Assembly: GCA_964016885.1 (NCBI GenBank)
Contig: OZ024740.1
Location: forward strand, 276,210,001-276,274,000
Reading direction: 5' to 3'
DNA from: Eledone cirrhosa
Lineage: Eukaryota
DNA length: 64,000 nt
The notes beneath the pieces are model-generated. The model was given only the letters and a program-made list of their open reading frames with translations. It had not been told where the DNA came from and searched no databases. The translations under genes were made by a program, and so were the position numbers. Shown here one piece after another: positions 62,537-64,000 of this stretch. How positions within the stretch are numbered: the stretch's first letter is position 1; each line of letters starts with the position of its first letter.

Positions 62537-62945
62537 CCTATATTTGAAGATCTAGTTACCTTAATAGTGTAGGAGTATGTATATGCATATATATGTGTAA
62601 TTATGTAGACATGAGACCATGTCTCAGTTTTAATGATGATCCCATGAAGTTTTTAAGTTATTAGTTTTTTATTTTATTACACTGTTGAAACAGATCTACA
62701 AAAATGCTTCTAAATCTGAATTTTCGTGACTGATAATTAAGACTTTATGTATAGGATTGTCAGTATTTACGTTCTTTTTGTATTTGGTATGTTAACTAAC
62801 TAACATTACGATTAAAATTTGATATTAGTAGTAAATTATGATATTCTTGGAATCTAAACTAAAACAGTCTGTATGCTATCTATACAGGCTGTGATATCAT
62901 TGTTATACTAATGCCTTCAGCATGCTTGCATGGGATTGAGAGTAT

Positions 62946-63163
62946 TTAACCCTTTAGTGTTCAAACCGGCCAGAATTCTCTACCTCTTTCTGTTGAAACT
63001 GGCTGTAACTGGTCGCTCAAACTGATAAAGTATTGTTCTAAAAATAAATACTTTCAAAATCTCATAGATTTGATATTATGTGAAAATAATTATCTGAGGT
63101 AAAGCCTTTACCATGAAAATATAATAGTATATATATAGAGTAATGTGAATGCTAAAGGGTTAA
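62946..63163 (-). mobile_element. piggyBac-type MITE
   Basis: TTAA|CCCTTTAG...CTAAAGGG|TTAA. Confidence 0.88.
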
Positions 63164-63304
63164 GGTGACTGACTGGGTAGAAGTACAGGACAGTTTATAC
63201 AGCACACCCCTTAATTATATGTCTGAAGCACACTTCTCAGTTATGAACAGATGTTTGAAGACTTGAATTTACTTACTGAAGATTTGGATTTACTTCTTAT
63301 ATAT

Positions 63305-63400
63305 AATTGTTTCTACTTTTGGCACAAGGCCAGCAATTATGCCAGTGCATTACTGGTACTTTATTTTATCGACCCTGTAAGGATGAAAGGTAAAGTTAAC
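63305..63400 (-). mobile_element. 5'-truncated SINE-1
   Basis: Core and tail; ATATATAAT on both flanks. Confidence 0.85.
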
Positions 63401-63510
63401 ATATATAATATTATATATTTATCATAAACAAAATTGTCCTTGCAGGCAAGGAAAACAGAAGTTGAATGATGGTGATGATGATGATGATGATAATAACTTT
63501 ATGTTCTTAT

Positions 63511-63745
63511 TTTAACCCATTTTTTACCATATTTTTAATTAAAGACACGGCCCATAATTTTCAAAGCATTTTGAATATATTCAAGAATTTGGAGAGATTT
63601 AGTTAAAATAACTGTCTTGTTATTAAGCTGGTATTTAGGGCATAACTTAAAAAAGATTCTTACATGAAACTATTATGTAAGGGTTTAGATAAATGTAAAC
63701 AGTTAAAAAAAATAGCTTACTATTGTAAAACCAGGGTTGGTTTCA
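63511..63745 (+). mobile_element. piggyBac-like MITE, family 2
   Basis: TTAACCC start; internal homology to 6087-6335. Confidence 0.5.
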
Positions 63746-64000
63746 GATAGTTTGGTATCAATAAGATTAATGTATATGAAATGATTTGATATACGAGAGA
63801 CATATATCCCTTTATACTCACTTTGTTTAATTTCCTTTATCAAATGTTCTTATTGTTTAATCCTAGACACCAGATGAGAGACAGTGGCACAGCAAGGCCA
63901 CTTGGTATGGGTCTACGATTTTGAAGGGAGGGCAGGTGGTTATTTTTCTCAAGTTCTGTTTCGTTTTTACTCTATTCTGTTTCATGTAAGCATATCAGGT

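Overview
Very AT-rich, repeat-saturated eukaryotic (animal) DNA. The repeat landscape (huge (TA)n/(TATG)n arrays, tRNA-headed SINEs, RTE LINE ends with (GAT)n tails) resembles an octopod cephalopod genome; this is inference from pattern only. No intact protein-coding gene, rRNA, true tRNA or CRISPR array is supported, and nearly all long ORFs in the track are translated microsatellite. Identifiable content: fragments of RTE, CR1-group and R4/Dong-like (RLE) non-LTR retrotransposons, two abundant SINE families (several copies with clear TSDs), piggyBac-, hAT- and Tc1/mariner-type MITEs, a candidate solo LTR and several minisatellites. The most interesting signal is a set of at least three sequence-unrelated families (A, B, C) of short non-coding elements sitting in (TA)n tracts. 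They form long near-perfect palindromes (34-90 bp arms) centred in or just upstream of hammerhead-ribozyme-like cores (CUGANGA...GAAAC...GUH), and they share a TGAG(T/C)(A/G)C motif near the TA-abutting end. They are best read as non-autonomous Penelope-like/retrozyme-like elements. Coordinates were counted by eye and may be off by a few bases.
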